64,000 nucleotides of DNA from a bacterium BMS3Abin11 (GTDB taxonomy: Bacteria > Pseudomonadota > Gammaproteobacteria > BMS3Bbin11): assembly GCA_002897635.1 (NCBI GenBank), contig BDTD01000011.1:76436-140435 (forward strand), given 5' to 3'. The translations under genes and the position numbers were made by a program. Positions 51,801 to 60,139 of this stretch are shown piece by piece (the stretch's first letter is position 1; the number at the start of each line of letters is the position of its first letter). The notes below the pieces were generated by a model that ran no database searches, was not told the DNA's origin, and saw only the letters and a list, made by a program, of their open reading frames with translations.

Positions 51801-52756
51801 TCAGCTTCAACACTCCGTACCGAAAATGGTGAGCCAAAATTACCCAGTGGAATTAATAAATCACGCCCTTTGATATGACCCACAGAGGACTCCAATACCC
51901 CATTAGTCCAGTCAGTCAAAAGATCCACAGACACCCTTCCCGAGACGACTGGAAGCGCCAGCTTTTCATTTACTATGCCAGGCAAACCTGAAAGCTCCAG
52001 GTCACTAATTTTAGAGCTAAGGCTGCCGTTCCATGAATCCATTTCCAGAACATTGCCGTGTATATCAAACTTCGTTGACACTACTTTCCCGAGGCTTTCT
52101 GGGAGTTTTACTGATCCTTCGAAAATATGTCTTTTACCTTTATTCTTCATGGAAAAATTAATATCGGTGACGATAAAATTCTTTTCCTTTAGGAAATGAT
52201 CATGCCAGATAAAACGCCCATCACTGATTGTAATTTTATGCTGGCGAAACAATGTTGCCAGCCTGCCTTTTTTTGGTGGCGGGGCCTTGAACTTACCAAT
52301 ATAAAACTCCCCCTCGGGAGAACGGCTAACATGAATAACCGGATTTTTCAGGGTGATCTGCCTGAATACGAGCTTACCCTGGAGCAATGGCACAATATCC
52401 AGGTCAAGTCTCAGTTCACCCAGACTTATCTGGATGTCTTCTTTACCGCTAGCATCCTTTAGCACCAGCTTTCGCGCATACAGCGATGGATAAAGACCCT
52501 GCCAGTCAGCCGCCATCTCGCCAATCACCACTGTCTGCCCTATCTGTTTAGTCAGGTAGGTTTCAACCTCGGCCTTGCGGTCCACCAGTGCAGGTAGCCA
52601 GAATCGAAAAATGGTAATCGCCACAGCGGCAACAACGAACAGCATGACACCAAAATACCAGGCGACACGCGCACAGTGGATACAGGTAATACTGAACCAG
52701 GACCATAGGCCAGCCAGTAAATTGGTTTCCTGTTTGCTACGCATTAGTTCATACAA
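48872..52756 (-). CDS. yhdP: YhdP/AsmA-family large inner-membrane-anchored protein (DUF3971)
   Basis: 1294 aa with an N-terminal TM anchor. Its size and position between rng and tldD match yhdP synteny in gammaproteobacteria. Confidence 0.8.
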   Translation of the reverse strand: MYELMRSKQETNLLAGLWSWFSITCIHCARVAWYFGVMLFVVAAVAITIFRFWLPALVDRKAEVETYLTKQIGQTVVIGEMAADWQGLYPSLYARKLVLKDASGKEDIQISLGELRLDLDIVPLLQGKLVFRQITLKNPVIHVSRSPEGEFYIGKFKAPPPKKGRLATLFRQHKITISDGRFIWHDHFLKEKNFIVTDINFSMKNKGKRHIFEGSVKLPESLGKVVSTKFDIHGNVLEMDSWNGSLSSKISDLELSGLPGIVNEKLALPVVSGRVSVDLLTDWTNGVLESSVGHIKGRDLLIPLGNFGSPFSVRSVEADINFENSGESWLLTLENTLFAVAGKPWPTGRIQVSYSEGESSLHVSKLKLADLHPVLDALTSKNKIVQLVKSLYPSGNASDISLTLYGPIKKPSDFLYKMSVSETTINAYQMYPSVTGLQANISVTKKGGSVVAEGMKSRIVLDRVYEHPLRMDDLQASVNWKKEKESWQVEGNRIWMKNKDAEAVASFIATIPIDRSLPPLLKLNVDLTGGNLSKADHYFPVLLMKPGIRQWFEGTRFRGRLNTAKLDYDGTVKGFPVAGARSFNVVANIGAGSMYFAPGWPRLTGVDADLVISKNDLWVNGYARDLYGQKLEKSIVHLSHLAESGKQVVDVSTVLHGDLGKVIDFLQNGPLFRNSTFRKLNLAGKGHGKMNLDLSIPLANTVDTHVKGEYKTINASLQLPDDSWITQLKGKLDFTERSLSSPSLQGKQLGGPLSFSVKTLKEGQPPVVEVDAKGEAYASYLGPLLGEWIAKELKGKAVWQGKMRFDEDKISLKVSSDLKGLASLFPYPLAKQSKEKLPLQLDVSFLPDKKTNVTFSMPSFVNGNLFFSDEEQVMALTGGCLLVGRNKASCTDRKGLTVAVEQAKLDLDPWDNYIKRQEGDEGIPAVVTQMSGKIDRVYYSKVDMADVDVIFDRQKDGSWEGKVDGERIKGDVGFKLDSSSRWVNMRLEKLIWNEAVEKQTTTEPTLDPVDFPSLDVAIENLVFHKMNLGRLTLIGEATDYEWELQLLKLDRPEMRLKANGRWRGRNNNQTSSFDVDFTSTDMLATLIALDLNLDFESKIFRTTGNVSWKGAPYDYRLGILNGNLEIHSDRGRLSGVEVGAGRLLGVFNIDSLRRRLQLDFSDLSKEGFAFDSIDADVSINQGIADISKLIVSGPSATIKLEGQLGLVKENVDMKMSILPALGGNLAIAGYVLGGPAGGVATYLASKAIKNQIEKSTNYQYTISGSWGNPLVKKIQTTNASDDTENSVDDTAPGG

Positions 52757-53224
52757 AAAATACTTGTGATCTGTGACATTATTATATTCTCTAACATGAC
52801 TTTAATCCTGTTTCCTTTCTGTACCCGGCTTCAGCACGATATAGCTACTCCTGCAAACATCTTTCACCTTGCTGGAAGTCAAGGGTACCGCCATATCTAC
52901 CGCTCGTCTGCCTAAAAACTACATCTGTCAGGGTATTCTTTACACTTCTCATTCATCATCTACAATTTTATGTAAGCCATTAACATATTTCTGGCAAGCA
53001 TAGAAAACTAATAAAATAGAGAAAGAAACAATGGAAACAGTTATCGAACCAGTACTTGACAGCTTTGCAGGTAATATAGAAATAGCCATCTATATGGCAA
53101 CGGAAATAGAGGATGAACTGACAGACATCTGTAGCAATAACAAAAAGCGCATCATTAAAAAATTAAACCAACTGCGTGATGGAAGGAAACACTGACAGGC
53201 GCACGCTCTCGCTCTGATTCGTAG

Positions 53225-54685
53225 TCAAACCATGACAACATCATACTCATCTGGCATATAAAGCGTTTCGACCTGTAATTCTATCTCCGCATTAATGAAT
53301 TCCTGCAGATTTGCCAGACTCATCTGCTCTTCATTCAACAACATATCTATTACCTTTTCCGAGGCAATAATACGATAGCTGACATCTTCATATGAGTCAC
53401 GCATGATTTCACGAAAGATATCGTAGCAGATGGTCTGAGCAGTTTTAACTACCGCCTTGCCATGACAAACCGGGCAGACTTCACACAGAATATGCTCAAG
53501 ACTTTCACGTGTTCGCTTGCGTGTGACTTCCAGCAAACCCAGTGAAGTCATTTCGGTAATATAGCTTTTTGCCGGATCTTTCGACAGTCCGCGTTTAAGT
53601 GCACGCAACACCTGGTGTTGATGCTCAATTTCGACCATATCGATAAAGTCGATGATAATAATACCTCCAATATTGCGTAGGCGCAGCTGCCTGGCGATGG
53701 CCTGAGCTGCTTCAAGATTGGTTTTGAAGAGCGTCTCTTCCTGATTGCGACGACCGACAAAAGTACCAGTATTGACATCGATAGTGATCATTGCCTCTGT
53801 CTGATCTATGACAATATGGCCACCGGATTTAAGCGGCACAACACGGCTTAGCGCCTTCTGTATTTCATCTTCAATGGAATAAAGGTCAAAAATTGGCCGC
53901 TCACCGGGATAGTACTCAACTCTTTCAGCCAGCTCCGGTAGGTATTCTGCCGCCAGTTCGTAGGCTAGCCGCCAGGTCTCACGTGAATCGATGCGCAGCC
54001 TTTCTACATTATCCCGCACCATGTCACGCACCGTACGAACCGCCAGCGGCAAATCCCGATAAATGACATCACCGGCCTTACTTCCTTCAAGTTTCAACTG
54101 CAGCTGTTGCCAGATTTTGTGCAAAATCTCGATATCTGAACGTATCTCATCCTCTGTTGCAGTCTCAGCGATTGTGCGAATGATATACCCGCATACCACG
54201 CCCTCAACATGACTTTTTACTATATCTTTCAGTCGTTTCCGTTCACTGTCTCCTTCAATTCTCTGTGAAACTCCGATATGGGATGAGTACGGCAGAAAGA
54301 CCAGATTTCTTGCAGGGATAGCAAGCCGGGTAGTCAGCCGTGCACCCTTGCTGCCGATAGGATCTTTAATTACCTGTACGACCAGCTTTTGGCCATCATG
54401 CAACTTGTGGGAGATACAGTCATCTTCTGTGGCCTTGCTTGACGTCCCGTCCATGGTATTGGGATCTATGTCGGAAGAATGCAAGAAAGCCGTGCGCTCT
54501 AACCCTATATCAATAAATGCCGCCTGCATGCCGGGTAGTATTCGCACCACCTTGCCGACATAGATATTGTTGACTATGCCACGTGCAGTACTGCGCTCAA
54601 TCTGTAATTCCTGCAACAGTCCGTTCTCAACCACTGCAACGCGGGTTTCCTGCGGGGTAACGTTGATTAAAATTTCCTGGGACAT
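53225..54685 (-). CDS. rng: ribonuclease G
   Basis: S1 domain N-terminus and an RNase E/G catalytic core (DQTEAMITIDVNTG). Length of 486 aa fits RNase G rather than RNase E. Confidence 0.9.
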   Translation of the reverse strand: MSQEILINVTPQETRVAVVENGLLQELQIERSTARGIVNNIYVGKVVRILPGMQAAFIDIGLERTAFLHSSDIDPNTMDGTSSKATEDDCISHKLHDGQKLVVQVIKDPIGSKGARLTTRLAIPARNLVFLPYSSHIGVSQRIEGDSERKRLKDIVKSHVEGVVCGYIIRTIAETATEDEIRSDIEILHKIWQQLQLKLEGSKAGDVIYRDLPLAVRTVRDMVRDNVERLRIDSRETWRLAYELAAEYLPELAERVEYYPGERPIFDLYSIEDEIQKALSRVVPLKSGGHIVIDQTEAMITIDVNTGTFVGRRNQEETLFKTNLEAAQAIARQLRLRNIGGIIIIDFIDMVEIEHQHQVLRALKRGLSKDPAKSYITEMTSLGLLEVTRKRTRESLEHILCEVCPVCHGKAVVKTAQTICYDIFREIMRDSYEDVSYRIIASEKVIDMLLNEEQMSLANLQEFINAEIELQVETLYMPDEYDVVMV

Positions 54686-54807
54686 TGAATTAAAACTTTG
54701 CGTCTGGTGACTAATAATTCAAATTGTACCATTGTGGATCAAAAGCAGGGGAAAGGTAGAAGGGAAAAGGAAAGTCAAAACCTTGTTAGTACAGCCGAAT
54801 TTACCAT

Positions 54808-55071
54808 ATGAGAGTAAACTGTTGTGGTCAACTGTTTCCGGACACTTTGTTAAGCCTTTTCAAAAACACCCCAGATGAAGTTATCAGGGAGCAGGTATCC
54901 TCCTGCCAGGCAGCAACCTGTAGCTGTTGTACGCCTGCTTTTAGAGAAAATGTAGAAAGGTTCTCAAGTGAGATAACCAATCAGGGAACTAAAGTAACTA
55001 TCAGAGGTATTATTACCGAAGAACAGGTTAAGAAAAATGTTTTAAGCTGTGCACCAAAGCTGGAAAGGTGA
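54808..55071 (+). CDS. hypothetical small Cys-rich protein
   Basis: 87 aa with CCGQ...SSCQAATCSCCTP...SCAP. The end abuts or overlaps the ArsR start. Confidence 0.3.
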   Translation: MRVNCCGQLFPDTLLSLFKNTPDEVIREQVSSCQAATCSCCTPAFRENVERFSSEITNQGTKVTIRGIITEEQVKKNVLSCAPKLER

Positions 55072-55072
55072 T

Positions 55073-55426
55073 ATGAACGATATCTGTAGTACAAACTGTA
55101 AAACAGCCCAGCTTATAGCGGCTAATCGGAAAAAGATTAGCCGCTATAAAAATTTTAGCAAGGCTGTCGTCTTTTATAAATTGCTGGGTAATCAGACGAG
55201 ACAAAAAATACTTTTAATATTAATAAAAAGTGAACTTTGTGTCTGTGATATAGCTGAGTCGATTAACTTGTCCGTTCCTGCTACGAGTCAACAACTTAAA
55301 ATGTTAAAGCAGGCAGGAATTCTGGTTCAACGCAATACAGGTAAAATGGTTTACTACTCATTTGCCAACCTGGAAGTCGAAGGTGTTATAACATCTTTGT
55401 TATCTAATATCATAGAGAAAATATGA
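55073..55426 (+). CDS. ArsR/SmtB family metalloregulatory transcription factor
   Basis: Winged HTH, ELCVCDIAESINLSVPATSQQLKMLKQAGIL. Confidence 0.75.
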   Translation: MNDICSTNCKTAQLIAANRKKISRYKNFSKAVVFYKLLGNQTRQKILLILIKSELCVCDIAESINLSVPATSQQLKMLKQAGILVQRNTGKMVYYSFANLEVEGVITSLLSNIIEKI

Positions 55427-55462
55427 ACATAAACCCCGACCTAAACTCTCGCCTTAAAGATT

Positions 55463-56137
55463 ATGAAGATTTTAATTGTTGAAGACGAACCCAAAACAGC
55501 AGCATTCGTCAACCAGGGTTTCACCGAAGAAGGCTTTGTGGTCGATGTTGCTATCGACGGCGCGGATGGACTTCATCTGGTTATGACCGGTGACTACGAT
55601 TTGATCGTGCTCGATATTATGCTGCCGAAACAAGATGGTTGGTCAGTACTCCAGGAAATCCGGAAACATCGGCCTGACCAATGCGTGATCGTGCTCACTG
55701 CGCTGGATGCCCTTGCTGAGCGGGTCAAGGGCTTGAGCCTGGGAGCGGACGATTATTTGATCAAACCCTTCGCTTTTTCCGAATTGCTTGCGCGTGTACG
55801 TAACCTGTTGAGGCGTGGGTCGGTACGGCAGAAGCTGGTGCAGAGATTTGCCGATATTGAAATGGACCTATCGCGGCATCGGGCTTCGAGAGGAGGGATT
55901 CCACTGGATCTTGCCCCCCAGGAGTATCGCTTACTGGAATATCTATTACGCCATTCCGGAGAGGTGTTGACTCGTACGCGGCTCGCCGAGCAGCTGTGGG
56001 ATATGAACTTTGACGGCGATAGCAACGTCATTGATGTCGCGATCCGCAGGCTGCGCAGGAAAGTCGATAATCCCTGTCAACGAAAGTTGATTCATACCCT
56101 GCGAGGTGTGGGTTATGTTCTGGATGAGCGTGACTGA
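55463..56137 (+). CDS. heavy-metal response regulator (OmpR family, CusR/CopR-like)
   Basis: Receiver domain with D-D-K (LIVLDIMLP) and an OmpR-type winged-helix C-terminus. Confidence 0.9.
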   Translation: MKILIVEDEPKTAAFVNQGFTEEGFVVDVAIDGADGLHLVMTGDYDLIVLDIMLPKQDGWSVLQEIRKHRPDQCVIVLTALDALAERVKGLSLGADDYLIKPFAFSELLARVRNLLRRGSVRQKLVQRFADIEMDLSRHRASRGGIPLDLAPQEYRLLEYLLRHSGEVLTRTRLAEQLWDMNFDGDSNVIDVAIRRLRRKVDNPCQRKLIHTLRGVGYVLDERD

Positions 56138-57542
56138 GGTGGCCACTGCAAGAGAAGGTTCGATTGCTGCGCGTCTCACCGCCTGGTATGCGCTGCTCAG
56201 TGTTGTGCTGATCGCCTTCTCCGGCAGCATATTGTATTGGGTGGCAGTGAACCACCTGCGCCAGGAGGATGACAAGCTCCTTACGGCCAAGATCTCCGAG
56301 TTACGCGCTGTACTGTTACTGCATCGTAATGACTACGCGGCGTTGCGCGAGGAAGTTGAACAGGAGGCTACCTCGTTTCGAGGTATCCACCTACGGGTAC
56401 TGAATGCCCAGGGTGACATCATCGCAGAAAGTCCTGTGTCCAGCACAACAGCCGGCGATGACACCCCGTTTGCCACCGCATGGCTTCAGGCTGATGAGCG
56501 CGGTCGGGATTGGGTTGCCGGGAATGGGAAGACTTACCGCGTGATGTCTAGCAACTTCGAGATAGGTTCCCGTTACACAGTACACGCGGCCATGAGCCTG
56601 TTGAAAGATGAGCAATTTCTGGCGGCCTACCGGAGTACATTGCTACTGGCCGTTGCCTTCGCCCTGTTGGTGGCCATCGCTACAGGTTATTTTATTGCCC
56701 GCAGAGGTTTGCAGCCCGCCTCCCGCCTCGCCGTTATCGTCGATGGGTTGGGCGCGGGACATCTGCACCGACGGGTTGGCGACGAAGCCTGGCCTTCGGA
56801 GCTGCGTCCACTTGCGACAAACTTTGATCACCTCCTGGCACGACTGGAAGATTCGTTCGCCCGCATCTCGCGTTTCTCGGCGGATATCGCCCATGAACTG
56901 CGCACTCCGCTCCATATTCTCCGAGGCGAAGCAGAGATCGCCCTGTCCAGGGGGCGGTCGCGTGAGGATTACCGGGCATGTATCGAATCCGCGGTGGATG
57001 AGTACGACCGCCTGTCCCGCCTGGTGGATGGGCTGTTGTTCCTGGCTTCCACTGAACAACCGGATAAGCAACTCGAGAAGCGATCACTGGACCTTACACA
57101 GGAGATCGATGCCGTGTGCGCCTTGTACCAGGCCATGGCCGACGAGTTGAGTATCACTCTGCTGGCCGGCGGTTGCGGGCAGTTGGTCGCGGATTCCAGC
57201 CTCCTGCGACGCGCGCTGGGCAATCTCGTGGCGAATGCGCTACGTCATACGCCGAGTGGTGGACGCGTCGTCGTCGAGGCGAAGACTACCCCGAACCATG
57301 CCGTCGAGATCGTCGTGAGCGATACCGGGTGCGGGATAGCGCCAGAATATATGCCGCGTATTTTCGACCGCTTTTACCGTGTTGACGGGGCCCGGCCACG
57401 GCAGGGGAAAAGCACCGGTCTCGGTCTTGCCATTGTCCGGTCGATCATCCAGTTACATGGTGGAACCGTTTCGATCGACAGCGAACCTGGTCAGGGTACG
57501 ACCGTCACGCTGACATTCCCTTCCCCAGTCAATTCAACCTGA
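56124..57542 (+). CDS. heavy-metal sensor histidine kinase (CusS/CopS-like)
   Basis: Two TMs, HAMP, H-box DIAHELRTPL, and N/G1/G2 boxes (DTGCGI, GLGLAI). Start at MSVTEV, overlapping the RR gene end. Confidence 0.85.
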   Translation: MSVTEVATAREGSIAARLTAWYALLSVVLIAFSGSILYWVAVNHLRQEDDKLLTAKISELRAVLLLHRNDYAALREEVEQEATSFRGIHLRVLNAQGDIIAESPVSSTTAGDDTPFATAWLQADERGRDWVAGNGKTYRVMSSNFEIGSRYTVHAAMSLLKDEQFLAAYRSTLLLAVAFALLVAIATGYFIARRGLQPASRLAVIVDGLGAGHLHRRVGDEAWPSELRPLATNFDHLLARLEDSFARISRFSADIAHELRTPLHILRGEAEIALSRGRSREDYRACIESAVDEYDRLSRLVDGLLFLASTEQPDKQLEKRSLDLTQEIDAVCALYQAMADELSITLLAGGCGQLVADSSLLRRALGNLVANALRHTPSGGRVVVEAKTTPNHAVEIVVSDTGCGIAPEYMPRIFDRFYRVDGARPRQGKSTGLGLAIVRSIIQLHGGTVSIDSEPGQGTTVTLTFPSPVNST

Positions 57543-57691
57543 CCCGGCCAATCTCTCCATCTACCGGTGTCTTCAGATTCAGCGCGAGTGAAGATGACCA
57601 AACGGTCAGGTTGTCGTCACTTTCTGGTCCCCCTTGTCTGTTTATCATACTCCGGTCAAACATAACCATTGCCCGGTGAAGCACGGAGAAG

Positions 57692-59089
57692 ATGAAGCGC
57701 CTGTCGATTGCCTGTATGGTGCTGTTGCTCGCCGGTTGCGCGAGCTTCACGCCCAAACCACTGGATCCGGAGGCACGGCAGGTGGCGTTCGAATCACGCA
57801 GCCTCACGAGTTCCGGCGTCCGCCAGTTTATTGAACACACCCTGGACCACGCGATCGCTCCCTGGCCACCAAAATCCTGGGACCTCGCGACGCTCACACT
57901 GGCGGCCTACTATTTCCAACCCGGTCTCGATGTGGCGCATGCCCGCAGTCTGCTTGCACAAGCCCGCGTCATCACAGCAGGAGCCCGCCCGAACCCCACG
58001 CTACCCGCGTCCTTTGAGTACAATACGGATGTGCCCGCGGGCATTTCCCCATGGACCAATGGTCTGGGCATCGCTGTGCCGATCGAAACGGCCGGCAAAC
58101 GAGATTACCGCATTCAACAGGCGCAGTATCTCGCACAAGCAGCAAGACTTCGTGAGGTAGATACGCTGTGGCAAGCGCGCAGTCACGTGCGGAGCAACCT
58201 CCTGTCCGCTTACCCAACCGAGGCCCTGGCGCGGCGGCAAAGAGACCTCCAGCAGGAGATAGTCCGGTTGCTGGAGCGCAGATTTGCGGTTGGATTTGCC
58301 TCCCAGCCAGAGATGACCCAGGCTCACCTTGCGCTCAATCAGGCCATACTGGCCTTGCAGAAAAATCAGACACAGCGCGCCGAGAATCTTGCCCGTGTCG
58401 CGGCCTCAGTCGGCGTCCCCGGCAACGCCATCGAAGATGTAATCATTTCTTTCGATGCTTTTAATCTGCTTCCATCGGTTTCTGGGTTGCCGTCTGTCGA
58501 TATGCGGCGTCAGGCTTTGTTACACCGGCCTGATGTCCTGGCTGCGCTGGCAGATTACGAGGCGAGTCAGTCCGCACTGCAACTGGAAGTTGCCAAACAA
58601 TATCCTGACATTTCTCTAGGCCCCGGCTATCTCTGGGATGCCGGCGAGGTGAAATGGTCGCTCGGGCTATCGCTTGTGCTGCCATTGTTTAACCGTAACA
58701 CAGGCCCCATCGCCGAGGCAGAGGCACGTCGTAAAAAGGTGGGCGCGATCTTTTTGGCCATTCAGGCCAGAGCGATCGCGGAAGTGGAACAGGCATTGGC
58801 GGGCTACGGACGCACTGTCCAGATAGTTGATACTGCCGATACCCTGTTGCGCAATCAGAAAAAAAAGGAACAGGCCGCCAGTGCAGCCTACAGGGCTGGT
58901 GAAGCGGATCGGTTGGCACTGCTGAGCGCGCAGTATGAAACCGTGACCGCTGAGTTCACACGTGCCAACGCCCTGATGCAGGCACAGCAGATTCTCGGGC
59001 GGCTGGAGGACGCACTGCGCTCACCGTTGGGCGCTGACACGTTTATTCCTACTGCGGCGCGTGCGGTCTCATTGAAACGGGTTCACTAA
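57692..59089 (+). CDS. outer membrane efflux protein (TolC/CusC/CzcC family)
   Basis: Lipoprotein signal LLLAGCAS and tandem OEP repeats. Length is 465 aa. Confidence 0.85.
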   Translation: MKRLSIACMVLLLAGCASFTPKPLDPEARQVAFESRSLTSSGVRQFIEHTLDHAIAPWPPKSWDLATLTLAAYYFQPGLDVAHARSLLAQARVITAGARPNPTLPASFEYNTDVPAGISPWTNGLGIAVPIETAGKRDYRIQQAQYLAQAARLREVDTLWQARSHVRSNLLSAYPTEALARRQRDLQQEIVRLLERRFAVGFASQPEMTQAHLALNQAILALQKNQTQRAENLARVAASVGVPGNAIEDVIISFDAFNLLPSVSGLPSVDMRRQALLHRPDVLAALADYEASQSALQLEVAKQYPDISLGPGYLWDAGEVKWSLGLSLVLPLFNRNTGPIAEAEARRKKVGAIFLAIQARAIAEVEQALAGYGRTVQIVDTADTLLRNQKKKEQAASAAYRAGEADRLALLSAQYETVTAEFTRANALMQAQQILGRLEDALRSPLGADTFIPTAARAVSLKRVH

Positions 59090-59098
59090 GAGAAAAAC

Positions 59099-60139
59099 AT
59101 GAAGAAGAAATCAGTAGTAATTTTTGTCGCGGGTGTGGCGATAGCGGTCCTTGCCGTTTGGGGATTCATGAAGGGACGTGAAGAACTCACTCGAGAACAG
59201 CAGCATGAAGCGCCCATCAAGGTGCCGTTGCGGGTGAAAAATGAGGCAGGCGGGCCAGTGGTCACCTTCGATGCGGCTACGCAAAAAAGGGCCGATATCG
59301 CCGTAGCTGCGGCAGTACCAGGTACCCGGCATGCCGATATCGAAGCGTTAGCGGTGGTCCTGCCACCGCGAGGATTGATCGAACTGCGTAATCGCTACGT
59401 GGCAGCGACGGCACAGGCTGACAGGGCAAGTGCCGCACTGCACGCATCACGCCGGGAATATGAACGCCTCAAGGCACTGCACGGAGATGATCGGAATATC
59501 TCGGACAAGGTGTTGCAGGCAGCTGAAGTAGCCTGGCGTAGCGATGAAGCGGCCGTGCGCGCTGCGCAAGCCGCCGTCGATGCCCTCAAGCGTAGCGCAA
59601 GGCAACAATGGGGTGCAGTATTGACCTCGGCAGTGGTGGAAAATGCATCGAGCTTTCAGCGTCTCTCAATGCAAAATGAGGTGCTGCTGCGGATCGCGGC
59701 ACCGTCAGGCGTCCGCTTATTGACGCCGCCTGCGACAGTGAGCGTGGTCCGGGACGATGGTCAGCTCAGTACCGCTCGGCTGATTTCCCCGTCGCCCCAG
59801 GCCGATCCGCGTATTCAGGGTCCTGCCTTTTTCTATGCGGCCGCAGCCGCAGGGTTGCTACCCGGTACCACGCTGATAACCCGTCTGCCTGTTGGACCGG
59901 AGAAAACGGGGGCCGTGATACCTGCATCTGCCCTGGTCTGGTGGCAAGGCAAGGGATGGTTCTATGTCCAAAGTAAGCCGAATAAGTTTGTGCGGCGTGA
60001 GCTTATCGGTGCAATGCCGGTCTTGGAGGGCTGGTTCGTTCCACAACTTCAGACGGCGCGAGTTGTGGTGAGAGGTGCCCAGACATTGCTCTCGGAAGAG
60101 CTACGCGGACAGATCCAGGCCGGTGACGAAGGCGGATGA
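59099..60139 (+). CDS. efflux RND periplasmic adaptor subunit (CusB/CzcB-like)
   Basis: N-terminal TM anchor, coiled-coil-rich middle, beta-barrel C-terminus. Positioned between the OMF and RND pump. Stop overlaps the RND start. Confidence 0.65.
   Translation: MKKKSVVIFVAGVAIAVLAVWGFMKGREELTREQQHEAPIKVPLRVKNEAGGPVVTFDAATQKRADIAVAAAVPGTRHADIEALAVVLPPRGLIELRNRYVAATAQADRASAALHASRREYERLKALHGDDRNISDKVLQAAEVAWRSDEAAVRAAQAAVDALKRSARQQWGAVLTSAVVENASSFQRLSMQNEVLLRIAAPSGVRLLTPPATVSVVRDDGQLSTARLISPSPQADPRIQGPAFFYAAAAAGLLPGTTLITRLPVGPEKTGAVIPASALVWWQGKGWFYVQSKPNKFVRRELIGAMPVLEGWFVPQLQTARVVVRGAQTLLSEELRGQIQAGDEGG

Noticed and set aside
53031-53195. 54 aa plus-strand ORF (METVIEPVLDSFAGN...) between yhdP and rng
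   Set aside because: Short, weak RBS, no motif. Left unannotated pending conservation evidence.
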